The notes under the pieces are model-generated. The model did no database searches, was not told the origin of the DNA, and worked only from the letters and a program-made list of their open reading frames with translations. This document shows positions 35,083 through 45,231 of a stretch of 64,000 nt of DNA, piece by piece (within the stretch, counting starts at the first letter, position 1; each line of letters starts with the position of its first letter). Source of the DNA: a virus (Duplodnaviria; Heunggongvirae; Uroviricota; Caudoviricetes). A program made the position numbers and the translations under genes. Location of the stretch: IMG/VR virus record IMGVR_UViG_3300010357_001332; one strand, 5' to 3'.

Positions 35083-35379
35083 CTATTTTGGATTATTTTT
35101 CCTATCGTCATTATAAAGTTTTAGCCAGATAGCGATATAAGCTAAAAGAGCTACAAACATAGTATCTGTAATTTTATTTCCCCAAGTAGGGTTAAAAAGT
35201 CTTCCAAACCAAGTTATAATTAATAAGATCATCAGGATTGTGACCCAAACATATACTGGTTGTATTTCACCTGTTTCGTCGCTTCCTATAAAAGAAAATA
35301 GAAATTTACGTATAAAAAATATACAAGAAAGTAAAAATCTACCTATAGCAGAGAAAATATCGTTTATTTTATTTAACAT
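35083..35379 (-). CDS. putative holin
   Basis: 98 aa, 2-3 hydrophobic helices, charged tail, next to peptidase. Confidence 0.55.
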   Translation of the reverse strand: MLNKINDIFSAIGRFLLSCIFFIRKFLFSFIGSDETGEIQPVYVWVTILMILLIITWFGRLFNPTWGNKITDTMFVALLAYIAIWLKLYNDDRKNNPK

Positions 35380-35381
35380 AA

Positions 35382-36053
35382 TTATATCACCTTTTCTAGA
35401 AGAATTACCCTATAGAAACCGTACTCAAGATAAAATCGTGTCCCATAATGTTTATACGAACCATTTTTATCTGTATACCCAGAAAGTGCATTTCCATAAG
35501 GATCATTTACAATAAATTCTTTTAAACCTACTTTATTATATCCAACAAGACAATTCATATGTCCTTCTACTGAACTTACAGATTTAAAATTACCACCAAT
35601 AATTCCAGGTAACTTTTTGTATAGTAGCCAAGAACAAATTTCTTCATAGGTTAAATCTGTTTTAAAAACTGCTTTAAATCCTAAAGGATTCATTAAATAA
35701 TTAAATACAAAGCATTCTATATCATAATAAATTCTTCTTTTAGGTGAATTTACTAAATTCCCTAAAGTAGAAGTATTACTTTTAATATATTCTGTTGTTT
35801 CTGATCCATTAATAAATTCAAAAATATAATCTTCTAATTGCATATCAGAAGAACATCCAATATCTTCTTTAGATTTTCCAATAGAAGTTAAACAGTATTG
35901 AATACACATTGCATTGGAGGTATTAAAACAGGAACTTAGCGGAGCGTATTTATTATCTTCTTGAGGAAAACAAGGAATATCTTCTATTTGAAAAGCTTGT
36001 TCAGAAGCTATACTAATTGCATTATCTATTATTTCATCTATAGCTGACTTCAT
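35382..36053 (-). CDS. C39-like cysteine peptidase, putative endolysin
   Basis: Q.DN..SCF.TS.AM; GH..LVGY; IVNDPYG. Confidence 0.75.
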   Translation of the reverse strand: MKSAIDEIIDNAISIASEQAFQIEDIPCFPQEDNKYAPLSSCFNTSNAMCIQYCLTSIGKSKEDIGCSSDMQLEDYIFEFINGSETTEYIKSNTSTLGNLVNSPKRRIYYDIECFVFNYLMNPLGFKAVFKTDLTYEEICSWLLYKKLPGIIGGNFKSVSSVEGHMNCLVGYNKVGLKEFIVNDPYGNALSGYTDKNGSYKHYGTRFYLEYGFYRVILLEKVI

Positions 36054-36115
36054 TTAATATCTCCATATTTCATATATTTATAGAAATATAAGAAATTTAA
36101 GATAGATTTTAGGTG

Positions 36116-36154
36116 ATAAAAATAGGATGTTGCTATTGAACATCCTATTTTTAT
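36116..36154. terminator. terminator hairpin
   Basis: ATAAAAATAGGATGTT..AACATCCTATTTTTAT. Confidence 0.7.
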
Positions 36155-36176
36155 ATATTACTGGTCTTAAACTACA

Positions 36177-36860
36177 TTATTCTTGTATCGATTTTTCTAT
36201 CTTTTCTTTATTGAGTTCGTATACCTTTCTTCTAACGAAATCTCCTACACTTCCTATAAAGTCTTTTTGTCCGATATGCCCCAATGAAATATTGATATCT
36301 ACCATTACTTGACCGCCCAGATCTCTCCATTTTTTACATAGTAAATGATCTTCACTATAAAGTTCCCCATCTATTATACCAATATCGAATACCATTTTAC
36401 CAATTCCTTTTGGACCTTGATAAAAAGGAGCATCTTCATACAGCTTTTTAATTGCTTCTTTAGAAAAACACATAAAAGCTGCACCAATACCTTTTACAGG
36501 AATTACTTCTTCTTGACCATTAAAGTCATGATCACCTACATTAATAGCAAAAATTTCTTCTTCTGTTTTCTTTCTTCCAGCAACAGCAATAATTTGATGT
36601 TCACTATTTAGAAGTTTAACAAAATCTTCTGGATTCCAATACATATCGTCGTCTATAAAAAATAATTTATCAACATTATTTTCATATGCAATCTTAAACA
36701 AATCATTTCTTGCAAGTTGCACAAGAGATTCACCGCAGAGAAAACAATGATGAACTTCAATTCCTATTTTTCTACAAAATTCTTTAGTATTGATTAAGCT
36801 ATCTACATATTTAGTATGCAGATTCCAGGTATGACAAGGTGTTCCAATAAGTACTTTCAT
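36177..36860 (-). CDS. GT-A fold glycosyltransferase
   Basis: VLIGTP, SLV..ARN, FFIDDD, GAAFM, SED..C.KW..GG, HIG. Confidence 0.85.
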   Translation of the reverse strand: MKVLIGTPCHTWNLHTKYVDSLINTKEFCRKIGIEVHHCFLCGESLVQLARNDLFKIAYENNVDKLFFIDDDMYWNPEDFVKLLNSEHQIIAVAGRKKTEEEIFAINVGDHDFNGQEEVIPVKGIGAAFMCFSKEAIKKLYEDAPFYQGPKGIGKMVFDIGIIDGELYSEDHLLCKKWRDLGGQVMVDINISLGHIGQKDFIGSVGDFVRRKVYELNKEKIEKSIQE

Positions 36861-36892
36861 TTAATTCATTTATCCTTTATATTTAAAATATT

Positions 36893-39800
36893 CTACCACC
36901 AACGATATGGTTTAGATAATGTAAAATTTAATCTATATGTTCTTAATTTATCATTTTGACCATCAACAAAAGCAACATCTGTTCCATTCAAAGAACAAAG
37001 AGCTGGTGCACCTATTGTACCAGAAATAGCTAATTCATTACCAACTGTTGTCCATGTAGTTCCGTTAAATCTATATGTTCTTAATTTGTCGTTTCCACTA
37101 TCAACAAAAGCAACATCTGTTCCATTCAAAGAACAAAGAGCTGGTGCACCTTCAATACCAGAAATAGCTAATTCATTACCAACTGTTGTCCATGTAGTTC
37201 CGTTAAATCTATATGTTCTTAATTTGTCGTTTCCATTATCAACAAAAGCAACATCTGTTCCATTCAAAGAACAAAGAGCTGGTGCACCTATTGTACCAGA
37301 AATAGCTAATTCATTACCAACTGTTGTCCATGTAGTTCCGTTAAATCTATATGTTCTTAATTTGTCGTTTCCACTATCAACAAAAGCAACATCTGTTCCA
37401 TTCAAAGAACAAAGAGCTGGATTACCTACATTACCAGAAATAGCTAATTCATTACCAACTGTTGTCCATGTAGTTCCGTTAAATCTATATGTTCTTAATT
37501 TGTCGTTTCCACTACCAACAAAAGCAACATCTGTTCCATTCAAAGAACAAAGAGCTGGTGCACCTATTGTACCAGAAATAGCTAATTCGTTACCAACTGT
37601 TGTCCATGTGGTTCCGTTAAATCTATATGTTCTTAATTTATCATTTTGACCATCAACAAAAGCAACATCTGTTCCATTCAAAGAACAAAGAGCTGGTGCA
37701 ACTACAATACCAGAAATAGCTAATTCATTACCTACTAACTCCCAAAATGTCCAATTAACCTTACCTACTTCCAAACCACCTGCAATAGAAACATTATGGC
37801 CTACTTTTAAATCTCCATTAATAGTAACATTTTGATTTGCAGAAACACTATTAAAGGTACCTACTATAAGAGACCTGGAAAGATCACCTGCCTCTGAACC
37901 TGTATTTTGGTTGTGAATAAATAACATCTCAGATGCTGTATTATAATATCCTGCATAATATCCCAGAGCTACGTTTCTTTGCGCACTCTGACTACTATAA
38001 AGAGAATAAGATCCTATCGCAGTATTATAATTACCAGTTGTGTGTGAATATAGAGATACATACCCTACAGCAGTATTTAAATCACCCTCATTATGCAATC
38101 CTAGTGCACTAGATCCTATTGCTACATTATATCTATCTGTACTACCATTATATGCTAAGCGTTCTAGGGCATTAGATCCTATTGCTACATTATGCGAACC
38201 ATATGTGTTGTAATGCAATGCAGAATTCCCAATTGCAACATTAAATCTGCCTGAATAATTACTACGCATTGCTCGATAACCCAAAGCAATGTTTTGGGTG
38301 GCATCACCACCGCAGTTTCTTAAGGCTTCGTCACCCATAGCAATATTATAAGATGCATTCTCACCTAGAGATATTGTAGAAGGACCAATAGCTATATTAG
38401 AATCCCCTGAAATGTTTGCACCCAAAGCTTGAAATCCCATTGCAATATTATTGCTTCCAAAGGTGTTTGCCATTAAAGTACCGGCACCTAGACCTATATT
38501 TTTGTTACCAAAGGTATTAGCCGTTAGAGACGCAGGTCCTATTGCAATATTATGAATGCTAGATATATTAGAAATAAAAGACATTGGCCCAATAAAAATA
38601 TTACTAAATATACTTGTGGAAATATCTCCACGGTTTACGTATGCCTCTAAGTTACTTAATAATCCTTCTATTAAAGAAGATTGATAGAATAAATCGCTAT
38701 TTCCTATAAGAATACAAGAAAAATCGAATTGAGACCCCCTCGAAATAGAAATTTTAAATCTTGTAATACCGTCTGCTATTTCAGTATCTTTAAAAAGTAA
38801 TGGTATAAAGATATTGCTAGCAAAAGTAGTTGTCGGTAGTTTAATAGTAGAACTACCATCTAATGTTCCACTACCTGGTGAAGTTTCATAATGTAACGTT
38901 AAATATACTGTATCATCTACTGCAGGATACATTGTAGTAACTACTGGCCTACAAAGTATCCACACAAAATCATTCTCTTTAGTAAACATATATGCAGTTA
39001 AATCTACACTATTTGTAACTGTTACATAAGAATATATACCACTACTTGTAATACCTGTACTAGTTATAGTATAACCTGTACTGGATATTGCTCCTGTGGT
39101 CGAATCTGTAAAGGATATTTTACCATCTGTAGGATATAGAGAAATAGTTGAATAATCTAACTGACGAGTTTCTTTTACTGGTTGTAAATATGTTCTGGCA
39201 TCAATAACCCTAGCATCTACTAAGCTGGTTTCTCCTGATTGTAGGTAAAGGATCCATAAAGGAAGAATACCTGTACTTGTTACTCTTAGAACACTAGAAG
39301 TTTCTGCAGGATCTCCTGTTCCTATTTCATATACTAATTCAGAATTATTTACTCCTATTAAATCACATCTATTTCCAGGATAGCTATAATAACAATCTAC
39401 CGTTTCGTTCATTATATTTCCGCCAACGATAGTTGTAACTTCGCCTGTGCTGGTATTTATAGTATAGTCTACACCCTCAATAAAAGCGTTACCGCTTGAT
39501 TGTTCTATTAAGTGTACATTACTTACAGGTGAATAAGCTAGAGCAAATGTTACTGGTTGTGTATTTCCTACTATGTGTGTTTCTGGATTAGTTCTAGCTG
39601 TATAATTACCAATATAAACTTGACCTTGTTCAACAATATTAAAATCTGTATTAGAATAGGTTATAACAGTAGCACCATTTACAATTGCTTTTCCCGTCTT
39701 AATTCTAATAGCTGTTCCGCTACTTGTTAATTCATAATCAAATTGTTCATAAACATTAGGTGCTACACCGGATAAATGCAGTTTATTCATATCTGGGTCT

Positions 39801-40537
39801 GATGCAGATATACCTATCTGATAAGTATCCCAATCAGGTGATTGTTTAATATTTCTAATTTCTGTTCTTATTCTATTAAGTTCTTCTTCTAGGTTATCCG
39901 CTGTTCCATAAAATTCGTCGTCTTCTGCCCCTGCAGGTATTTCTGATTCTACTACATCTATAGCAAAATACGTTACAGAACTCAAATCAACAGATAATAA
40001 TGGATTACCAGATCCTTGTGCAATAGTAGAACCTAAAAATACTAACTCTGCTTTTTGTGCGGCAGTCAAAGCATTATATTCTGCAACAGTATATACTACA
40101 ATTTCTAAATCTTCTATCTTTCTGTTATAAATAAGTGTTCCGTCATATAAATCTACTGCTTTTTTCTCTCCTTCCACAATAGTTTCTGTTCTTCTATTAT
40201 ATGATCCATATACATAAGAACACTTAGCATATACATTATTAACAGTTCCATAAGTAGTGTCTGATAATGCAATACTAGAAATATCAGAATTATATTCTAT
40301 TAAAAGACCACTATTTGTAATTACTAACCCAGTACCACTATTTTGCGTTACTTCTAAATATAGATTATTGGAAGGATCTACACGTAAAACAAAGTTTTTA
40401 ATAATAGAAGAAGAAAGTTCACCAGATACTATACTTTTTAGTATTTTTAATACCTCTGTAGAAACATTATCTTGAAGATACTGGTAATCTTCACTATATA
40501 AATCTACTACTCTTCCTGGGAAGTATAATTGGTTCAT
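36893..40537 (-). CDS. tail fibre / receptor-binding protein
   Basis: 1214 aa; central 14-aa N(I/V/T)A(I/M/L)G..AL beta-roll repeats; C-terminal 6 x 46-aa repeats. Confidence 0.85.
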   Translation of the reverse strand: MNQLYFPGRVVDLYSEDYQYLQDNVSTEVLKILKSIVSGELSSSIIKNFVLRVDPSNNLYLEVTQNSGTGLVITNSGLLIEYNSDISSIALSDTTYGTVNNVYAKCSYVYGSYNRRTETIVEGEKKAVDLYDGTLIYNRKIEDLEIVVYTVAEYNALTAAQKAELVFLGSTIAQGSGNPLLSVDLSSVTYFAIDVVESEIPAGAEDDEFYGTADNLEEELNRIRTEIRNIKQSPDWDTYQIGISASDPDMNKLHLSGVAPNVYEQFDYELTSSGTAIRIKTGKAIVNGATVITYSNTDFNIVEQGQVYIGNYTARTNPETHIVGNTQPVTFALAYSPVSNVHLIEQSSGNAFIEGVDYTINTSTGEVTTIVGGNIMNETVDCYYSYPGNRCDLIGVNNSELVYEIGTGDPAETSSVLRVTSTGILPLWILYLQSGETSLVDARVIDARTYLQPVKETRQLDYSTISLYPTDGKISFTDSTTGAISSTGYTITSTGITSSGIYSYVTVTNSVDLTAYMFTKENDFVWILCRPVVTTMYPAVDDTVYLTLHYETSPGSGTLDGSSTIKLPTTTFASNIFIPLLFKDTEIADGITRFKISISRGSQFDFSCILIGNSDLFYQSSLIEGLLSNLEAYVNRGDISTSIFSNIFIGPMSFISNISSIHNIAIGPASLTANTFGNKNIGLGAGTLMANTFGSNNIAMGFQALGANISGDSNIAIGPSTISLGENASYNIAMGDEALRNCGGDATQNIALGYRAMRSNYSGRFNVAIGNSALHYNTYGSHNVAIGSNALERLAYNGSTDRYNVAIGSSALGLHNEGDLNTAVGYVSLYSHTTGNYNTAIGSYSLYSSQSAQRNVALGYYAGYYNTASEMLFIHNQNTGSEAGDLSRSLIVGTFNSVSANQNVTINGDLKVGHNVSIAGGLEVGKVNWTFWELVGNELAISGIVVAPALCSLNGTDVAFVDGQNDKLRTYRFNGTTWTTVGNELAISGTIGAPALCSLNGTDVAFVGSGNDKLRTYRFNGTTWTTVGNELAISGNVGNPALCSLNGTDVAFVDSGNDKLRTYRFNGTTWTTVGNELAISGTIGAPALCSLNGTDVAFVDNGNDKLRTYRFNGTTWTTVGNELAISGIEGAPALCSLNGTDVAFVDSGNDKLRTYRFNGTTWTTVGNELAISGTIGAPALCSLNGTDVAFVDGQNDKLRTYRLNFTLSKPYRWW
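36930..37737. repeat. ~6 x 138-bp near-identical tandem repeat (beta-propeller blades)
   Basis: AATCTATATGTTCTTAATTT recurs at 36930, 37068, 37206, 37344, 37482, 37620. Confidence 0.95.
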
Positions 40538-40606
40538 TAGACAAAATCTCCATATATTCGTATTTTGTTAAAATAATAAGAAACAAATAGAGATTTTAAG
40601 TAATTA

Positions 40607-41533
40607 TTATCTGCGATTTCTTTTTGGTATTTCATTAACTGGAACTTTTTTAATGGGTTTAACACAAAATTCTTTAACTGAATCTTCTAACGGCATTCTT
40701 AGAATTTCAGTTAAAATACCACCTTCTGTAGAATTTATACATTTTATCTTGTTTTGAAAGATAAGATCTAATAAAGTATTTCTATAAAGAAGTAATAATT
40801 TAGTTGTTTTTATATAATATGTATCAATATCTATAATTGTATCGTGATTGAGTTCTCTTTTAATAAGAACATCCATTCCAACACCCGTAGTATCATAAAG
40901 TTTTCTTTCTAGAAATCCATTACAATACGGTTTATTATCTGTAAATCCAAAATCATATCCAACAAAAATAACAGAACTAGGATTAAATATTTTAGAAAAT
41001 AAAAACATTGTAGCACCTACAAAGTAATTATTTTCTAAATCACCAGCACCGCTCGTATATGTGGTTATTTCAGATAGAACTTTTTGTTTTTCAGATCCAG
41101 GTTTATCTGTTTGGTTAAAAAAGAATACATTACCTTTCCATTCATTTAATGCAATAGAACTTACAGTAGTTGGGCAAATAAAATTACAATTAGAGGTATC
41201 CACCCCCTTCCAAAATCTAGAGAAAGAATCACTAGGATCTATTGTGCAAACAAAATCTGGATGAATTCCTTCTTCCATTAATCTGTATAAAACTACATCT
41301 GCACATATAATTAAATAATTTTCAGAATACTGTTTTAGTATATGTATATTTTTTTCTAGAGATGGTCCTGCTGCTACTAAAACGCAAGGTATCTTATTAT
41401 AAAAGGTATTATTAATCAAAAACTTAAGATATCTAGAATTTGGTCTAGTGAAGACACCTTCTTCTAGATTTCTTTTATAGTTTTCTTTCCACTTTTCAAC
41501 GATAGGATCAATTATTTTGGTTTGTTCATTCAT
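40607..41533 (-). CDS. Maf (motility accessory factor)/DUF115-type glycosyltransferase
   Basis: VAAGPSL.KNI, IICAD, GIHPDFV.TIDP, FVGYDF. Confidence 0.8.
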   Translation of the reverse strand: MNEQTKIIDPIVEKWKENYKRNLEEGVFTRPNSRYLKFLINNTFYNKIPCVLVAAGPSLEKNIHILKQYSENYLIICADVVLYRLMEEGIHPDFVCTIDPSDSFSRFWKGVDTSNCNFICPTTVSSIALNEWKGNVFFFNQTDKPGSEKQKVLSEITTYTSGAGDLENNYFVGATMFLFSKIFNPSSVIFVGYDFGFTDNKPYCNGFLERKLYDTTGVGMDVLIKRELNHDTIIDIDTYYIKTTKLLLLYRNTLLDLIFQNKIKCINSTEGGILTEILRMPLEDSVKEFCVKPIKKVPVNEIPKRNRR

Positions 41534-41537
41534 GTTT

Positions 41538-42416
41538 TCACTTCTTTAAGGTTGATATAAAATCTTCTAATGCTATTTTCCAAGGACGTATCTGAAAACC
41601 AAAGGTATTCTCAAAATTTCTACTATTTAGATAAGAATTTACTAATCTTTTTGCAGATGTTTTATATTCACTACTAGTAATAGGTTCAATGGTCACAAAT
41701 CTTTGTAGGGTTCTAGGTAAAACTTCATAAATCATTATTAATCTATAAACTTCTTTAGCAAATTCAAACCAATCTGTCTTGTTTTTATTACTAAAGTTAT
41801 ACACACCATATCTGGTAGAATTGGATTCTATAATTTTAAAAATACCTTCTACTAAATCTTTTGTATATGTAGGACTTCCTGTTTCGTCATCAACGATTTG
41901 AATTTTTGGTGTTTGTTTACCTATAAGTTTAAATAGAGTAGATACAAAGGTAATACCATATTTTCCATATAACCAAGAGGATCTTATAATAAAGTACTTT
42001 TCTAAAGATTTTTTTATAATGTTTTCACCTTCCAGTTTAGATTTTCCATAAATATTAATAGGATCTGGTATATCAAATTCAGAATATTCCGTATCTTTTT
42101 TACCATTAAATATTTGAACATCTGAAATATGAATAAGTTTGCTATTATACTGTTTCGCTATTTCACATATATTTTTTATCCCTTCTACATTTACTTTGTA
42201 AGCTAAAGAAGGATTATTCTCTGCTAAATCTGCATTAGAGATACCAGAACAATTAATAATCCAATCTATTTCTTTATTTCTACAAATATTATGTAAATTG
42301 TCTAGTATACCTATATCGCTTTCCTTATCATATGGAACATACGCAATAGAATGTGATCTAAGATACAATTCTAGTTCTGTTCCTAGTAATCCTTTATTTC
42401 CTATAAGTAAAATCAT
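41538..42416 (-). CDS. rmlD: dTDP-4-dehydrorhamnose reductase
   Basis: G.KGLLG, YGKSKLEGE, RSSWLYG, GSPTY..DL. Confidence 0.88.
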   Translation of the reverse strand: MILLIGNKGLLGTELELYLRSHSIAYVPYDKESDIGILDNLHNICRNKEIDWIINCSGISNADLAENNPSLAYKVNVEGIKNICEIAKQYNSKLIHISDVQIFNGKKDTEYSEFDIPDPINIYGKSKLEGENIIKKSLEKYFIIRSSWLYGKYGITFVSTLFKLIGKQTPKIQIVDDETGSPTYTKDLVEGIFKIIESNSTRYGVYNFSNKNKTDWFEFAKEVYRLIMIYEVLPRTLQRFVTIEPITSSEYKTSAKRLVNSYLNSRNFENTFGFQIRPWKIALEDFISTLKK

Positions 42417-43130
42417 TTATTCACCAGTAATATTAAATTGTTTATTAGAATGTTGCCTATAAAATAAAAGACAAGTATTACATTTTTTTGCATTCCATCC
42501 AAAGTTTACTATTCTTTTATACAAACTATAATCTTCCGGTATATCAGATTTTATATATCCAGAAATATCTTCGAAGCATTTTCTTCTAAAAAGAGAACCT
42601 CCATGAATAAAATTTCTATTTTGTAGTAATTTTTTAGATTCTTCATTAAATTCAGGAAACATTCTTTTAAAGTATCCTTTTTGTATTTCTCCACCTTTTT
42701 CTTCCTGTGGTACATCATAGTATCTTGGTGGAGCAAATTGATCGAATAGTATAAAATCTGTATAAACAATACCTATTTCTTGATTATTATCTAATATTCT
42801 AGATGTATCTTCTAGATAAGTAGTTGATATGTAATCGTCTGCGTCTAAAAAACATAGATAATCGCAAGAAGAATGATTAACAGCAATATTTCTACAGACA
42901 ATTACACCCTTTCTACTTGAGTTGTAAGTAACAATAAGATCTATATTAAGATTGTTACCGTAAATATAGTTTTGCAATTCTATATATTTAGAAAAAGAAG
43001 AATCGGTGGAATAATCATCTATAATAACTATTTCTTTTGGTAATTTACTTTGATTAAGTATAGAATCTAACGCTTCTTTTATATAATTACTATAATTTCT
43101 GTTTATTATTAATAAGCTAATATTACTCAT
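42417..43130 (-). CDS. GT2 glycosyltransferase
   Basis: IDDYSTD, FLDADD, EDY, YRQH. Confidence 0.9.
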   Translation of the reverse strand: MSNISLLIINRNYSNYIKEALDSILNQSKLPKEIVIIDDYSTDSSFSKYIELQNYIYGNNLNIDLIVTYNSSRKGVIVCRNIAVNHSSCDYLCFLDADDYISTTYLEDTSRILDNNQEIGIVYTDFILFDQFAPPRYYDVPQEEKGGEIQKGYFKRMFPEFNEESKKLLQNRNFIHGGSLFRRKCFEDISGYIKSDIPEDYSLYKRIVNFGWNAKKCNTCLLFYRQHSNKQFNITGE

Positions 43131-43563
43131 ATCTGAATTCTTTAATATAATCACTACATATTCCTGCACAAGAATATGAATTAATATTAATATCTTTTGG
43201 ATATCCCTGTATAACTATAATTGAATTAGGTGTTAGCTCTTTATTTGGAAATGTCCAAATGTATTTGTTCGAAGTTAATGTACAAGCATCTGTATTATGA
43301 AAAAAACAGGTGGTTCTCAGTACAAGAAGCATATCTAGAGTTTTAGGTGTTTTTGCATGACACCATAAGCCTTTGGTTAATAAAAACTTTTCGTCAATAG
43401 TCAGCCAAGGTCCATCGTGGCCCAGATAAAACTTACCATTTTCATACCATACGTCTATTTCTACAGTATATCCAGAATCTAGTGCTTTCAAAATATAATC
43501 TGGGTGATTTTCTTTATACTTATCTGGACCTGTAAGATTACCTCTATGAGCAATAAGTATCAT
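43123..43563 (-). CDS. GDPD/PLC-like phosphodiesterase-fold protein
   Basis: IAHRGN, EN.P, VEIDVW, LGHD, WCHAK, GICSD. Confidence 0.75.
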   Translation of the reverse strand: MILIAHRGNLTGPDKYKENHPDYILKALDSGYTVEIDVWYENGKFYLGHDGPWLTIDEKFLLTKGLWCHAKTPKTLDMLLVLRTTCFFHNTDACTLTSNKYIWTFPNKELTPNSIIVIQGYPKDININSYSCAGICSDYIKEFRYE

Positions 43564-44135
43564 TCTTTTGGCCTCAAAATTAAAAATCCTTGATGTCTAT
43601 AATCTTTAGTTATATTATGAGTAGTTTGAAATAAATCATATATAAATTTATTACTTTTTCTATACTTACTTGTAAGGTTATCTGGCATTTTCAATTCGTA
43701 TAATCCTTCTTCAAACAACTGAAGATCATCTATAATAAAAGTATCTTTACAATCTTTTCTATATTTATAAATTAATTCAATTTCTGTTTGTAAGGGTAGC
43801 TTAATAGTTTCTTCTATTTCGTCATCGTACGATCCTAGTTGAAAATCAGCCCCAGGAAAGTGCGCATCTAACCAAAACAATATCTTATCTTCTTTAGATA
43901 TAGTAGGCAATATTTTTTGTAGTCCTTCTAAAGAAGTCATATTTAATAAAGTTAATTTAGTTGAAATATACCTAGTTTTACAATACTCATATAATTCTTT
44001 ATTAATTTCTATTGAATAAAAACTTTTAAAAGGAAACTGTAAAGCATGTTTTAATCCCGTACCTTTACCAGTTCCAGTTTCAATAAAAATATTGCATTTA
44101 TATTTATCTAAATTATGAAGGTATAATTCTCCCAT
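43560..44135 (-). CDS. SAM methyltransferase-like protein
   Basis: FIETGT..G, SIE, FWLDAH, IIDD. Confidence 0.7.
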   Translation of the reverse strand: MGELYLHNLDKYKCNIFIETGTGKGTGLKHALQFPFKSFYSIEINKELYEYCKTRYISTKLTLLNMTSLEGLQKILPTISKEDKILFWLDAHFPGADFQLGSYDDEIEETIKLPLQTEIELIYKYRKDCKDTFIIDDLQLFEEGLYELKMPDNLTSKYRKSNKFIYDLFQTTHNITKDYRHQGFLILRPKE

Positions 44136-44455
44136 TATTCTGTATACTTATCTCCTATTAAAGATGGAACCTTTACTACTACAACAGCGGCATCTGTAAG
44201 TGCTTTAAAATGTGCTTTTTCGCCCGGTTCTATGATTACAATATCGTCTACCATAAAAGCTTTTCCATTCATTTCTATAGCACCTTCTGTTACTACATTA
44301 ATTTCAGTAGCTACTCGATGAATATGTGGTGTTTCTGTATCACCAGCTTTATATCGTTGAATTGCTACTTCAAAATCTTCGGTTTTCCAAACAGTAGGAG
44401 AAAAGTTTCCAATAAACCAACCTCGAATCATTTCTTGAATTTTACTAGTTTTCAT
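44135..44455 (-). CDS. cupin-domain protein
   Basis: GWFIGNF.P, H.H...E, VVVKVPS..GDKY. Confidence 0.8.
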   Translation of the reverse strand: MKTSKIQEMIRGWFIGNFSPTVWKTEDFEVAIQRYKAGDTETPHIHRVATEINVVTEGAIEMNGKAFMVDDIVIIEPGEKAHFKALTDAAVVVVKVPSLIGDKYTE

Positions 44456-45230
44456 ACAATTTCTTAAACTCCTCTAAATCTTCTGGTGTACCTAATCCAT
44501 GCATTGCACACGTAGGAATAGGAAATGCAAGTATTTTTTGATTTTTTGGTACAATTAATTCATTATACACAGGACAAACATAAAATTCATTATTTACTCT
44601 TAAGTTTTTGTTAATCATTTCGTCAGCTGCCCAAACAAAGTCTGATCCGTGTTTAAACCAATAAATACCTACAGTAGCATAAGTAGAAATAGGTTCTTTT
44701 TCTCTTACTCTAGTAACGAATCCTTTATTATCTAATTCTGCATAAGACCATTTAGGATGTGTTCCATGAAAAACGGGGATACATCCATCTGCTTTTGTAT
44801 CTGCTATTGCTTGCATAAATAAATATACAGTCCAATCTATAAATTGATCACTATTAGCAATCAGTAAGGATTCATTTGTATTAATAATATCCCTTGCTTT
44901 CAATACAGTACAAGCAGCACCTTCAGTAATATAATTTATTTGTATAATATTTGTTTTATCTGCTATATCTCTACCGCATACTGCTGTAATGGCTTCTTTA
45001 ATTCTTAGATCAAACTGAAATTTCTTGCAATGATCTTCTTGAACTATAAAAGTAAAACTAGGCTGGTGAAAATCGTATCCTTTAGTAGTCCATATTGTGG
45101 TAAAATCCAAGTTTTTAATAACCCATTCGATCATGGGTTTATTTTTAATAGGAATGAAGGGTTTTGGATCTTTATATCCTGCATCTATAAATCGTTGCCC
45201 ACGTCCCGCCATAGGTATAACTATATGCAT
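44445..45230 (-). CDS. sugar nucleotidyltransferase
   Basis: IPMAGRG.RF..PKP, T.GAA.T, NSDQ, EK.PIS, LGTPEDL. Confidence 0.88.
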   Translation of the reverse strand: MHIVIPMAGRGQRFIDAGYKDPKPFIPIKNKPMIEWVIKNLDFTTIWTTKGYDFHQPSFTFIVQEDHCKKFQFDLRIKEAITAVCGRDIADKTNIIQINYITEGAACTVLKARDIINTNESLLIANSDQFIDWTVYLFMQAIADTKADGCIPVFHGTHPKWSYAELDNKGFVTRVREKEPISTYATVGIYWFKHGSDFVWAADEMINKNLRVNNEFYVCPVYNELIVPKNQKILAFPIPTCAMHGLGTPEDLEEFKKLYEN

Positions 45231-45231
45231 T

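Noticed and set aside
37086..37649. 187-aa plus-strand repetitive ORF and other antisense ORFs (e.g. 19676, 19735, 21791, 33414)
   Set aside because: Antisense shadows of well-supported minus-strand genes
36930..37737. Diversity-generating retroelement VR/TR
   Set aside because: All copies are in-frame coding tandem units, differences are not adenine-restricted, and there is no reverse transcriptase in the window
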